Of a stretch of 64,000 nt of DNA, positions 38,291-49,621 are shown piece after piece; position 1 is the first letter of the stretch, and the number at the start of each line of letters is the position of its first letter. Origin of the DNA: Botryllus schlosseri (taxonomy: Eukaryota). A program made the translations under genes and the position numbers. The stretch is taken from assembly GCA_051294905.1 (NCBI GenBank), contig CM119372.1, forward strand, positions 28,894,001 to 28,958,000, read 5' to 3'. The notes under the pieces are model-generated. The model was not told where the DNA came from. It saw only the letters and a program-made list of their open reading frames with translations, and did no database searches.

Positions 38291-39857
38291 CAGGGGTTCT
38301 CAACCCGCGGCCCACGGGCCGCATGCGGCCCGCAGACGATTGTTTTGCGGCCCGCGACATCTTTCATCATAAACACAATTATTGCTGACACGGTATTGTA
38401 ACAAATTAATTTAGATACTTGGCTCTTTTATCGCACCGTCCTTGTTTCGTTTGATAATAATTTTTGAACGCAGGGGTTCTCAAACTGGGAGGCGCGCCCC
38501 TTTGGAGCGTGAAAGCATCTGAAAGGGGTGCGACGCTGCGGTCAACTGAAAAAAATTTTCGCGCTGCGCGCAATTTGTCTTCAGTTCATAGTTATTTCTC
38601 TGTGTATAGTCCGAATTCCATATTTGAGAATTCTCTCATCAACAGTCATAACCTTCCATGCCATCAAACTAGCCGTTTGTAGCATTCTGGTTGCATTTTG
38701 TTATATGACGATAAGAGAGCACGAAATTATTCTCTATAAAAAAAGGGGGTATGTCTGAAAAAGTTTGAGAACCACTGCTTTAATGTGCTCTCGTTTCTTG
38801 ATATATGCTCGACTTCAGATTGTTACTGTTTTGAATCGGTATTCTGCTGGACTCTGGTTCAAGTGAATCCCGCTACGTAGTTAGCCTGCAATTTTAAAGA
38901 ATGTGTGACTCACTGCGAACGGTTGTTGAGATTGCCGACAACGTTACAGACGCATCGTTCAAAATTACTTGGAATATCGCTAAATCCTAGAAATCTGCTA
39001 CGGAAGGTGCGATTTCAATAAGACCTTCACATACTGTGCGAATATCAGCTGTTTCCGGAACTTAGCAGCAAAGACAATATCACCAGACAAATTTCGAAGA
39101 TACAGTCGTCTGATTCAATCGTGTCCAGACGAGTTACGTCAATGTCAGTCGGTCGCATGTTCTTAAACACGTTGCCTAGTAGGTACTGCTTTAACCCAAC
39201 CTTGGACAAATCCACCGACATTGCATAACTAATTATCTGGTTGAATTTTATCGGAGTGGACATATATGCAGAGGAAATGCTGGCTGGGCAAACGTGGTGA
39301 GGGGGCCTGCGAAAAATATCAGCTTGACAAAGCTAACTCTGTAACTGTTGATGTAGGGCTCCAGGCATGGAAGGAATGGAGAATGGTTGATTGGTTTGCT
39401 CAGAAATGGTCCCGAACGCCAGACTTCCTCTCATATCACTCAGAGCTCACTCAATGTGATAATGGCCTCTGTAACGCAAAATTTACCATCATTTTATAAT
39501 TGCTCACTCAAGCATTGAAACAGAGAGTTCGGTTCTCTGGTGGAAGGGTTTTAAGTTGCATATACCGACCTGGCAATGAATGCAATGCACGCTCCATGAA
39601 GGGATTTAATTGCGCCGCTAGAAGATACATATTCTCAGAATAAGCAGCAGCTGCAAACGTATGAACGCTGTCCATTGATGCTTTATAAATTATAATGCAT
39701 AAAAATGTACTAAATGCCCGTATACGAGTGGTAAATAGGCTGCAGTAGCCTAAATTTAATTGCAGCGCACAAATACACGGTAATATTGCTATGCGGCCCG
39801 CAGCGTATTTTGCTGTTAAAATGCGGCCCGTTACACAAGAGAAGTTGAGAACCCCTG
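38291..39857. mobile_element. hAT element nested in 38167-41592
   Basis: TIR CAGGGGTTCTCAAC; perfect TSD ACGTACGG. Confidence 0.92.
38471..38777. mobile_element. 307-bp hAT MITE nested in 38291-39857 (relative at ~4160-4456)
   Basis: TIRs CAGGGGTTCTCAAACT / AGTTTGAGAACCACTG; TSD degenerate. Confidence 0.8.
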
Positions 39858-42033
39858 ACGTACGGTAACACGAACTTCCCGACAACAGTGATTTTAACGT
39901 ATGTGCCGCGAGAGGTCTGCCGGTGAGCTGTGACTTGAAGTGTGGTAACTGCGTAAACGGCGTACGGAACAAAGATTCGACACGGTTCATGTTCGCACTA
40001 TACCTGACTAATTATCTGCAGCAATGGAAATGACTATAACTCGAGAGATTGCGTAAGCCTAACTGGCTGGAGACTGTCACACGACACATACGGCTTACGG
40101 TCTATAGTGTCTATATGTCTGCTGCAAAATCGCCTTGGGAAAATATATTACCGAATAAATACGTGGATGAAAGCCGAAAACTTGGTACACTGTTACATGA
40201 AATCATCGAGAAATAGCCTCATGACCGTTTTCGGTATGGTACACTGTCAAAATTAATACGAACACACCAACACCGAATTTTGCGTAAGATTTACTGAGGA
40301 ATAGGCTAATCAAGCGATCAGCTCTTAGCCGCCATCGAAAACGAAACAGCTATCACGCTTGACAGGGGTTGTAATTGTAAGCAAATGGCCTGAAGGCCAC
40401 AATTTCACGGTGAAATTGACATTGGAGAATATAAAATAAAAGTAAATATTTGAATGCAAACCGAGGATGTTAGTAAACTGTTTCATGATATCATCATCTC
40501 ATCACCTATCTCAGTATGGAACACAGTTAGCGTTAACACAGATACACCGGCTTTTGCGTGAAATCCGCAATGCGTTAGGTGGGCTAAGTGTCAGATCAGC
40601 GCACATCTCTACCATACTCGACCTTAATAACGAAATTGCTGCCCTAATCATTGAGTGCCAACCTTGAGACTAGGCACAGCGTTCGATACTAAAATCAAGA
40701 CATACCATGCAAAAGCTCCTGACGGATCTAGGTAAGGAGCATCGTTAAAATCAATGGAGACCAATACCGGCTTTGCGTAAAATATGTTTGCGATAAATGA
40801 CGAGTCAGCTCTCACTCGACTTAGGAAACGAAATTACCACAAACACAGTACAGTGACAAACTTGAAACTTGGTACAGCGTTCGATACTAACATTAAGACT
40901 TACCGTACCAAATGTCATGACCGATCTCGGTATGGAACATCGTCAAAATCAATGGATACCAATACCGGCTCTTGAGTAAAATCTGTTTGCGATACATGAC
41001 GGTCAGCACACACTCAACTTCGGAAACGGAATTACTACCCTAAACTTTAAGTAGAAACCCTGTAACTAGGGACAGTGTTAAATACTACCATCACGACATG
41101 ACATACCAAGTTTCAAGAATTATCATGGTGTGAAACACCATCAAAATCGACCTAGACCAGCAAAGGTCGACTAAACGCATATGACGGTAACCGAGTTCAG
41201 ATATAGATACGATTGTTACATCACACCTTAAGGGCGACTAGGCTATGTTGCCCCGGTTGCTCGGTAATTTTATGAATAGGAGAGAGTAAATCACTGTTTC
41301 TTTATTGTGCGCGACTTTGAGAGAATAGACAGTGAAAGCTTGTTATGAGCGCTACCGGGGCATGCCCCGGCTAGGCATTCGCAAAGCGAAAACACGGAAG
41401 AGAATTCGATTTTCGCAGACTTCGCTATATATGGGCGGGCATTTACAAGCGAAAGGACAAGAAGAATACGATTTTCGCTGTGATTTCGGTATATATAGAT
41501 TGCTGTGCGTCTCTAAATGGTAAAGAACTGTTATTGAACAGAATTTTAGGCGGGGCAATGCCCCAGTTGCCCTATAGGACGAGCCGCCACTGGTTTCATC
41601 TATATTTTACAATGCGTTTTCGCGTTCCAGAATGACTTATGTCAATGAAAAATAGCCATTGATCATGGTTTTGTTTTTGAAAGATGTCGCGATGCCGGTG
41701 AATTTTATAGTTCTTGTAAAAAGTTGTTTGTACACAATATATGTTTAAAGTAAGTCCTACGCATTCATGATTTCGTCCGAGTTCGTATTTTAGTAATATA
41801 TACTAATTTACGATAGCGCGTTTGTAACTTGTGCAAGTACAGGAATATCATAGTTCTTGAACCGTGCTCAATGCTTAATAGAGCATTTTTGCTATTTTTC
41901 ATCGCCATAAGTCATTCTGGACCGCGTAAACGCATCGTACGATATAGATGAAAGTTATGCAAATCCTAGGATCCTCATTTTCAAAGTAGCTAAGATCTCG
42001 AAATAAGCTCTGACTTGCTATTCTCCTCAAAGC

Positions 42034-42291
42034 ATGGAATTATCAAGAGTATCACCTTCGATCACTGAAGAAACGGATGAAATTATATTCGAAGCATATT
42101 CCTTGACCAGGAATTTTATCATGTACGAACTCGACGGCTCATGCGTTAAGGTAAATACGAAAGCAGAGAGAACCTTACGTCGAGTTGGGGATGAAATATT
42201 CGAGCGACATCGAACTGTCCTAAACGCAGTCTCCAAACGTCTCCGCTATTTGCACTTTTTCACATTTTATAACACCTTAAGTAGTACTTAA
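42034..42291 (+). pseudogene. Truncated Bcl-2-family (Mcl-1-like) ORF with BH4-like and BH3 regions, left arm
   Basis: TLRRVGDEIFERHRTVLNAVSKRL resembles the Mcl-1 BH3 region TLRRVGDGVQRNHETAFQGMLRKL. It is preceded by a BH4-like helix EAYSLTRNFIMYEL. No BH1, BH2 or TM. Confidence 0.7.
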
Positions 42292-42882
42292 CAGTTTTAG
42301 TTTTAAATAAAATACGGAATATAAACTAATCGAAAAATTCGGTTTTTGCGTGCATCTGTTTTGCGGGAGCGTATAGCACGTACCTATACATAGTCAACTT
42401 TAATAACTGAATTACCATGCTTAACATTGAATCCCAACTCTAAACTTGATACGTAGATGTAGGACATTATGGCAATGCACCATGCTAAATTTCATCACAC
42501 ATCTAATGATGGAACACCTTTAAAACTAACGCAGTCGAATACCGACTTTTACGCGTATATCTGTTTTGCGTGAACTTAGCATATACCTATACATAGTCAA
42601 TTTTAATAGCAGAATTACCGTGTTAAACATTGAATTCCCACCTTGAAAGTTGGTACGCGGTTATAGGACATTATAAAAATGCACCATACCAAATCCCATC
42701 AGACATTTCATGATGGAACAACTTTAAAACTAACGCGGCTCTACATCAACTTTTTGCGTACATCTGTTTTGCGGGAGCGTATAGCACGTACCCATACATA
42801 GCCAACTTTAATAACGGAATTACCATGCATTGAATCCCAACTCTAAACTTGATACGTAGTTGTAGGGCATTATGGCTATGCA

Positions 42883-45194
42883 CAGGGGTCTTTAAATGGT
42901 ACTGAAGTACAATTTAGCAAAAATAGCTTATTTTATACTCAACCAGAATTTTAAATTATACTAAAATATACTTTTATGAAAAAATGGCTTTCCTGGCGTA
43001 GGAGGGTACAATACTGAGACTTTTATGTGAAAACAAGCTCGTGTTTTGCATTACTCCACCTGCTGATGTTTCAAGTTTATTGATCTAACCAAAAATCACA
43101 CAAGTTTCTGCAGCTCTTGAAACTGTTTTGCATGAAGGCAGCCTTCGAGCAAGAAATCGGTCAGGCTCTCCCGGTAGTCATTCTTTACAATTCCGATGGC
43201 GGAAAAATCCGCCTCCACTGGTGCCGTCGTTGGAAACACGGTCGAAAGCGTTCCGCAGAAGTCCTTTAGGGTGGGCAGGTGGATGTTCATACCCTCGAGG
43301 ACACCCCGAGCGTCCTTGAAGTTGCTGTCAGGGCCCTCCTCCTCCAACGAAATGCGGAAATTGTCATGGTCTCTGTAATAGTCCCGCAGTTGAGCGTGCT
43401 CCGTCTCGACATCCTCGAGTTTTTCTTCGGCCCACCTAGCTGCTCGAAGCCGTCCTGACTGTTCGCGAAGCAAGTCAGAGACACCTGAACGACGTAACTT
43501 GACCAGTTCCTTCAGAAGCGTCGGTGGTATCTTGTTGTTTTTGATGTCCGCGTTGTTTGCCAGGAGATCACAGACGCCATGAAGTAGGGTGCAAACCAGA
43601 AGGCCGACTCCCCTTTGAACAGTTTTCCTTGTAGCAGCTGAGATTTCATTAAGTTTGGCCTGCACAAAAAGTCCCAAGTCGAGCATGAACTCCTGAACAT
43701 TTGTCATGGAAACAGAAACTGATTCCACTCTGACGTATTCTAATTCACCCTGGAAGCCATCCTCCTCACGAAGCTCTGTAGTTGCTGAACACAAGTCCTT
43801 CAGGTTGTCACGCAACTTCATCAGCTTGGCGTGCTGCTCGGTGACCAGAGTTTTCTTGCCTTGCGGGGACTTGACCACTTTCAGGACCTCTCCGGCGACA
43901 ACGTCAAGAGCGACAACGTATCCACCACTCTGGCGATGGGCGTGCAGGAGGATTTTTTTCATCGAGATACTGCAGCACGCGTATCTTGTTCGCAACAAAC
44001 CATCCAGTCACTCACTTCATTGAAGCCCACCGAGTGTCGACAAAGCGTGGGCATGTTGTTTGCATTTCAGTCTGGAGCTTCTGCTGTCGGCGCAGAAATC
44101 CGATCAAGCTGTTCATTTGAGTAATGAAAGTTTCATTGGCAAGCTTCGAGTAGGCCTTTTGCACAACCAAGTCGAGTTGGTGCAGTCCGCACCAGAAGTG
44201 GAAAATCTCTTGTGAAGCTTCCTTTTGAAGCAGGGTTCCAACACCACCGACGTGGCCTGTCATTGTCGGTTCACCGTCGCTAGTAAACCCTAACAACTTG
44301 CTCCTCAAATCCGAACACAAAATCTCAAGAACAGAGGTCAACAACAGAGGTCAACATTTGACAAATTTTTTTGGCAGTTTTCGCTTCAAACACAGGAACA
44401 GCAATCACGTGAAAGTTGTGAATATCACCATCCATGGTTGTACTCCGCTTGTTACCACAATCGACGGCAACAGAAAATGCCCAGGACTGTTCCAACAAAT
44501 CTTTGAGACCCTGCAAGTTCACAGCCACGATCATTCGAACGACTTTCGCACAATACCCTTCACTGCAGCCCGTATAGAATGCCAGACCCGTCTCTTCCTT
44601 GACTGAAGCAACGAATTTGCAAGCCTGTTGAAACGACGCACCGTCACGAATGAATTTCCTCACCAATTGGAACATTCGCCCCGACTTGAATTCAGAAAGA
44701 AACACAGAATCGTCTTCATCACATCGTTTGAAAATACTCAGAGCACGTTTTTGAGTGGTCTCTTCATGATCGTTGGGGTGGAAAAGCAGCTCCCAGATTA
44801 TCTGCCCCACTATTTCTTTGCAAATCTTGAACTTCAGACTGCCTTCTCCTTCGAAATGAGCATTCAGAGTACTCCTAGTGTCCTGTTTGTTGTCGAAGTA
44901 AGTCAGCTTCAGTTCCTTTGAAAGTGTACTGTACTCGTTCCATCGTGCCTTATGCTGGCATCTGCACCCCCGCCGCTGTCGGTCTCCCCACCCAACCGCC
45001 AGACAGCACCTGTGGGAGCCAGCAGGGTCCGAACGGAAACGATAAACCCGCCAATGAGTTTCTTAGAGACTCCTGTGAACTGACAAACACCGAAAAACGG
45101 TATACAAAAAAATCCTTATTTTATACTCGACAGAAATTTTATTTTATACTAAATTGTACTTTTGAGACCAAAAAGTACAATTTAAAGTGGCCTG
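42883..45194 (-). mobile_element. hAT-superfamily transposon (2312 bp) with a frameshifted transposase, left arm only
   Basis: TIRs CAGGGGTCTTTAAATGGTACT and (rc) CAGGCCACTTTAAATTGTACT; perfect TSD GCTATGCA. Empty site in the right arm at ~48773-48780. Confidence 0.92.
43096..44943 (-). pseudogene. hAT-type DDE transposase in at least three reading frames
   Basis: Motifs in order: WAFSVAVD (D1), GFTSDGE (D2), WCGLHQLDL (CxxH), TRWAS, and VFPTTAPVEADFS (E). Frameshifts near 44340 and 44010. Confidence 0.88.
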
Positions 45195-45234
45195 GCTATG
45201 CACCATGCTAAATTTCATCACACATCTAATGATG

Positions 45235-45526
45235 GAAATTGCTTACTAAGAGAAGTATATTGTTGTATACACAATAGTGGAGAGAATATTTAAAATGTAG
45301 TAAGCAGGCCGATGGGTATTCGTTTAGTTGTATAGGCATAAAAAACATTCCCGCGCGCTCTTAAACAAAACACTTCCTAACCCTACCACCTAATACTAAG
45401 ACGCGCGCGGGAATGTTTTTTATACCTATACAACTAAACGAATACCCATCGGCCTGCTTACTACATTTTAAATATTCTCTCCACTATTGTGTATACAACA
45501 ATATACTTCTCTTAGTAAGCAATTTC
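45235..45526. repeat. Central hairpin: ~128-bp near-perfect inverted repeat with a ~33-nt loop
   Basis: gaaattgcttactaagag...cattcccgcgcgctctta pairs with taagacgcgcgcgggaatg...ctcttagtaagcaatttc. Confidence 0.95.
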
Positions 45527-46789
45527 TCGTGAATTCCGAAACACATTGACGCGTGTTAACTTCTATATTCGGTGATAGTATCATTTTCATGTCTGATAAT
45601 GTTACTTGTCAAGGTGATACAAACGTAAGCTCAAACTACTTTAAAATTTAAAGTCTTAGCAAATTTTATCTAACACTGAAACTGTCGAGTACCGATAAAG
45701 TACTCTAAAACCTAGTCACTTTTTACGTGGAAGGAGAACATAGCGAAGTACTTGTACATTTGCAGTACTTAAGTATAGGTTTGGCCTGCTTGCGCTATAC
45801 TTAATGAAGTGATTACCTATTTACACTGCATCTACTTCTATTTCAGAGTTTTTCGCTTTTTCGACCAAACTATACCTCAATACTTACTTTTTAACTAACT
45901 GGCAAATCATTACTTCTTGTACTTTAGTGGGACTTTACTGCTACAATTTACTTTTTTCAGTGGATCACTGGTCTTGGTGAGTGTTGTCAGTTTCATCCAT
46001 ATCCTACGAAAAGCAACTTGAGTACTTCACGGGTTCGTATCATCGCAAATAATATATTCTAAACATGTTTAGATAGCGAGGAGTTGTAATTATAGGTGAA
46101 AGGGACAAATTTTATCTAAAACTGTAACTGTAAAGTACCGATAAAGTAGTCTAGAGTATTTTTTATGTTTATTCAGCTCAACGAATATCTTCATTTGGCC
46201 TGCTTACTACATTTTAAAGATTTTCTACGCTAGAAAAATCGCTGTAACATGATAAGTATATTATAATTAATCTTATCAGCGCGGCATAGTACATTCGAGT
46301 AAATTCATTAAATTAGCTTATGTTTATGAAATTATTTGGTTTCCGAATTCTATCTAAAACTGAAACCGACGAGTATCGGTAAAAGCAGTCTTAAACCGTA
46401 GACACTTATTACGTGGAGGGAGGCGATAGCGAAGTACTCGTGCATTTTGTACTACTCAAGTATAGGTTTTATCTGCTTGCACTAAACTTAATCAAGTGAT
46501 TAACTATTTACACTGCATCTACTTCTATTTCAGAGTATTCGGTTTTCAGGTAAACTATACCTGCAATACTTACTTTTTAACTCACTCGGAAATCATCACG
46601 TCTTGTACTTTACTAGAAATTTACTGCTACTAAATGTTGAAATGTACTGTTTTCAGCGGTCTTGATGAGTTGTGCTAGTTTCATCTATATCCTACGACGC
46701 ATTTTCTCGAGTGGGATGTTATAGGAAGCAAGACGAATCATTGTAAAAGTGTTGAAACTTAATTACATATGTAATTCCATCACTAAAGT

Positions 46790-49310
46790 TGATCACGCAT
46801 AGGTACGTGCTACACTCCTGCAAACAGATTCACGCGAAGTTGGTATAGAACTGCGTTAGTTTTAAAGGTGTTACATCATGAAATGTCTGACGAAATTTGG
46901 TATGGTGCATTGTTATTATGTCCTACAACCGCGTATCAACGTTCAAGGTGAGAATTTAATGTTTAGCATGCTAATTCTGTTATTAAAATTGACTATGTAT
47001 GGGTATATGCTATGTTCACGAAAAACAGATATGCATAAAAGTTGGTATTCGACCGCGATAGTTTCAAAGGTGTTCCATCATTAGATGTGTGATGAAATTT
47101 AGCATGGTGAATTGCCATAATGTCCTATAACTACGTATCAAGTTTCGAGTTGGGATTCAATGTTAAGCATGGTAATTCCGTTATTAAAGTTGGCTATGTA
47201 TGGGTAGGCTACGTGCTATACGCTCCCACAAAACAGATGTACGCAAAAAGTCGATGTAGAGCCGCGTTAGTTTTAAAGTTGTTCCATCATGAAATGTGTG
47301 ATGGGATTTGGTATGGTGCATTGTTATAATCTCCTATAACCGCGTACCAACTTTCAAGGTGGGAATTCAATGTTTAACACGGTAATTCTGCTATTAAAAT
47401 TGACTATGTATAGGTATATGCTATGTTCACGCAAAACAGATATGCGTAAAAGTCGGTATTCGACTGCGTTAGTTTTAAAGGTGTTCCATCATTAGATGTG
47501 TGATGAAATTTAGCATGGTGCATTGCCATAATGTTCTACAACTACGTATCAAGTTTCGAGTTGGGATTCAATGTTAAGCATGGTAATTCCGTTGTTAAAG
47601 TTAACTATGTATAGGTACGTGCTATACGCCCCCACGCAAAACAGATGTACGCAAAAAGTCGATGTAGAACCGCGTTAGTTTTAAAGTTGTTCCATCATGA
47701 AATGCGTGAGGAAATTTGGTATGCTGCATAATCACAATGTCCTATACCTACGTACCAAGTTTCAAGGTGAGGAGTCACATATTAGCATGATAATTCTGTT
47801 ATTAAATCTGACTATGTATATGTACACGCTACCGAAAACAGATTTAGGCAAAAGTTGCTATAGAACTGCGTTAGTTTTAAAGTTGTTCCATCATGAAATG
47901 TGTGATGAAATTTGGTATGCAGCATAATCACAATGCCCTGGAGCTCATTTAGATACGTTTTTTAATTTAGTTATACATTCTAGTTGTTTTGATGTAAGGA
48001 GAAAATCATTCGATAACTCGATACAGCTACTTTAACACGCGTTGATGTAACTTTCCTCATTTGTATGCATGCATAGCCTACGCGAAATTGGTTACCGAAT
48101 TTTTCGATTAGTTTATATTCCGTCTTTTATTTAAAACTGAAACTGTTAAGTATTACTTAAAGTGTTATAAAATGTGACAAAGTGTACAAGTAGAATTATT
48201 ATTATGTCATGAACAAGTAGTTTACAAATTCATACGATTTTTCTTGTTGCGTTCCGGGATATAATGTAATTTTTCGCTCTTTTTTATTTTTTATTTTTTC
48301 AATAAAATTAGTATTCATTTTACAAAAAACGTCGTGTAAAGATAAAGTACTTGCAAAATTTGACATGGTGCATTGTCATAATGTCTTACAACTGCGTACC
48401 GAGTTTCAAGGTAGGGAGTCGAATATTAACATGGTAATTCCGTTAATAAAATTGACTATGTTTAGGTACGTGCTACGCTACGGAAAAACAGATTTAGCCA
48501 AAAGTCTGTATAGAACTGCGTTGGTTTTGAAGGTGTTACATCATGAAATGTCTGACGAAATTTGGTATGGTGCATTGTTATTATGTCCTACAACTGCGTA
48601 CCAACGTTCAAGGTGAGAATTTAATGTTTAGCATGCTAATTCTGTTATTAAAATTGACTATGTATGGGTATATGCTATGTTCACGAAAAACAGATATGCG
48701 TAAAAGTCGGTATTCGACTGCGATAGTTTCAAAGGTGTTCCATCATTAGATGTGTGATGAAATTTAGCATGGTGCATAGCCATAATGCCCTACAACTACG
48801 TATCAAGTTTAGAGTTGGGATTCAATGCATGGTAATTCCGTTATTAAAGTTGGCTATGTATGGGTACGTGCTATACGCTCCCGCAAAACAGATGTACGCA
48901 AAAAGTTGATGTAGAGCCGCGTTAGTTTTAAAGTTGTTCCATCATGAAATGTCTGATGGGATTTGGTATGGTGCATTTTTATAATGTCCTATAACCGCGT
49001 ACCAACTTTCAAGGTGGGAATTCAATGTTTAACACGGTAATTCTGCTATTAAAATTGACTATGTATAGGTATATGCTAAGTTCACGCAAAACAGATATAC
49101 GCGTAAAAGTCGGTATTCGACTGCGTTAGTTTTAAAGGTGTTCCATCATTAGATGTGTGATGAAATTTAGCATGGTGCATTGCCATAATGTCCTACATCT
49201 ACGTATCAAGTTTAGAGTTGGGATTCAATGTTAAGCATGGTAATTCCGTTGTTAAAGTTGACTATGTATAGGTACGTGCTATACGCTCCCGCAAAACAGA
49301 TGCACGCAAA
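46790..49310. repeat. ~205-bp degenerate tandem array with alternating variants, interrupted at ~47940-48350; mirrored at ~42350-42882
   Basis: aaaacagat recurs at ~47022, 47230, 47433, 47638 and 47836, and continues from ~48365. Confidence 0.9.
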
Positions 49311-49363
49311 AACCGAATTTTTCGATTAGTTTATATTCCGTATTTTATTTAAAACTAAAACTG

Positions 49364-49621
49364 TTAAGTACTACTTAAGGTGTTATAAAATGTGAAAAAG
49401 TGCAAATAGCGGAGACGTTTGGAGACTGCGTTTAGGACAGTTCGATGTCGCTCGAATATTTCATCCCCAACTCGACGTAAGGTTCTCTCTGCTTTCGTAT
49501 TTACCTTAACGCATGAGCCGTCGAGTTCGTACATGATAAAATTCCTGGTCAAGGAATATGCTTCGAATATAATTTCATCCGTTTCTTCAGTGATCGAAGG
49601 TGATACTCTTGATAATCCCAT
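49364..49621 (-). pseudogene. Mirror copy of the truncated Bcl-2-family ORF, right arm
   Basis: Identical to 42034-42291 except E2G. Confidence 0.7.

Larger units (their letters stand above)
38167..41592. mobile_element. Non-autonomous hAT-type element, left arm only; contains ~198-bp tandem units at ~40140-41160
   Basis: TIR CAGTGGCGGCTCGT; perfect TSD GTTTCATC. Empty site in the right arm at 50055-50062. Confidence 0.93.

Noticed and set aside
45376..45386. Telomere-like CCTAACCCT in the hairpin loop
   Set aside because: Only about one repeat, and a similar motif occurs in the arm at ~38027; not evidence of telomere addition.
46790..49310. CRISPR-like or repeated-exon reading of the array
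   Set aside because: Whole ~205-bp units are homologous with no unique spacers, there are no cas genes, the context is eukaryotic, and no frame is conserved.
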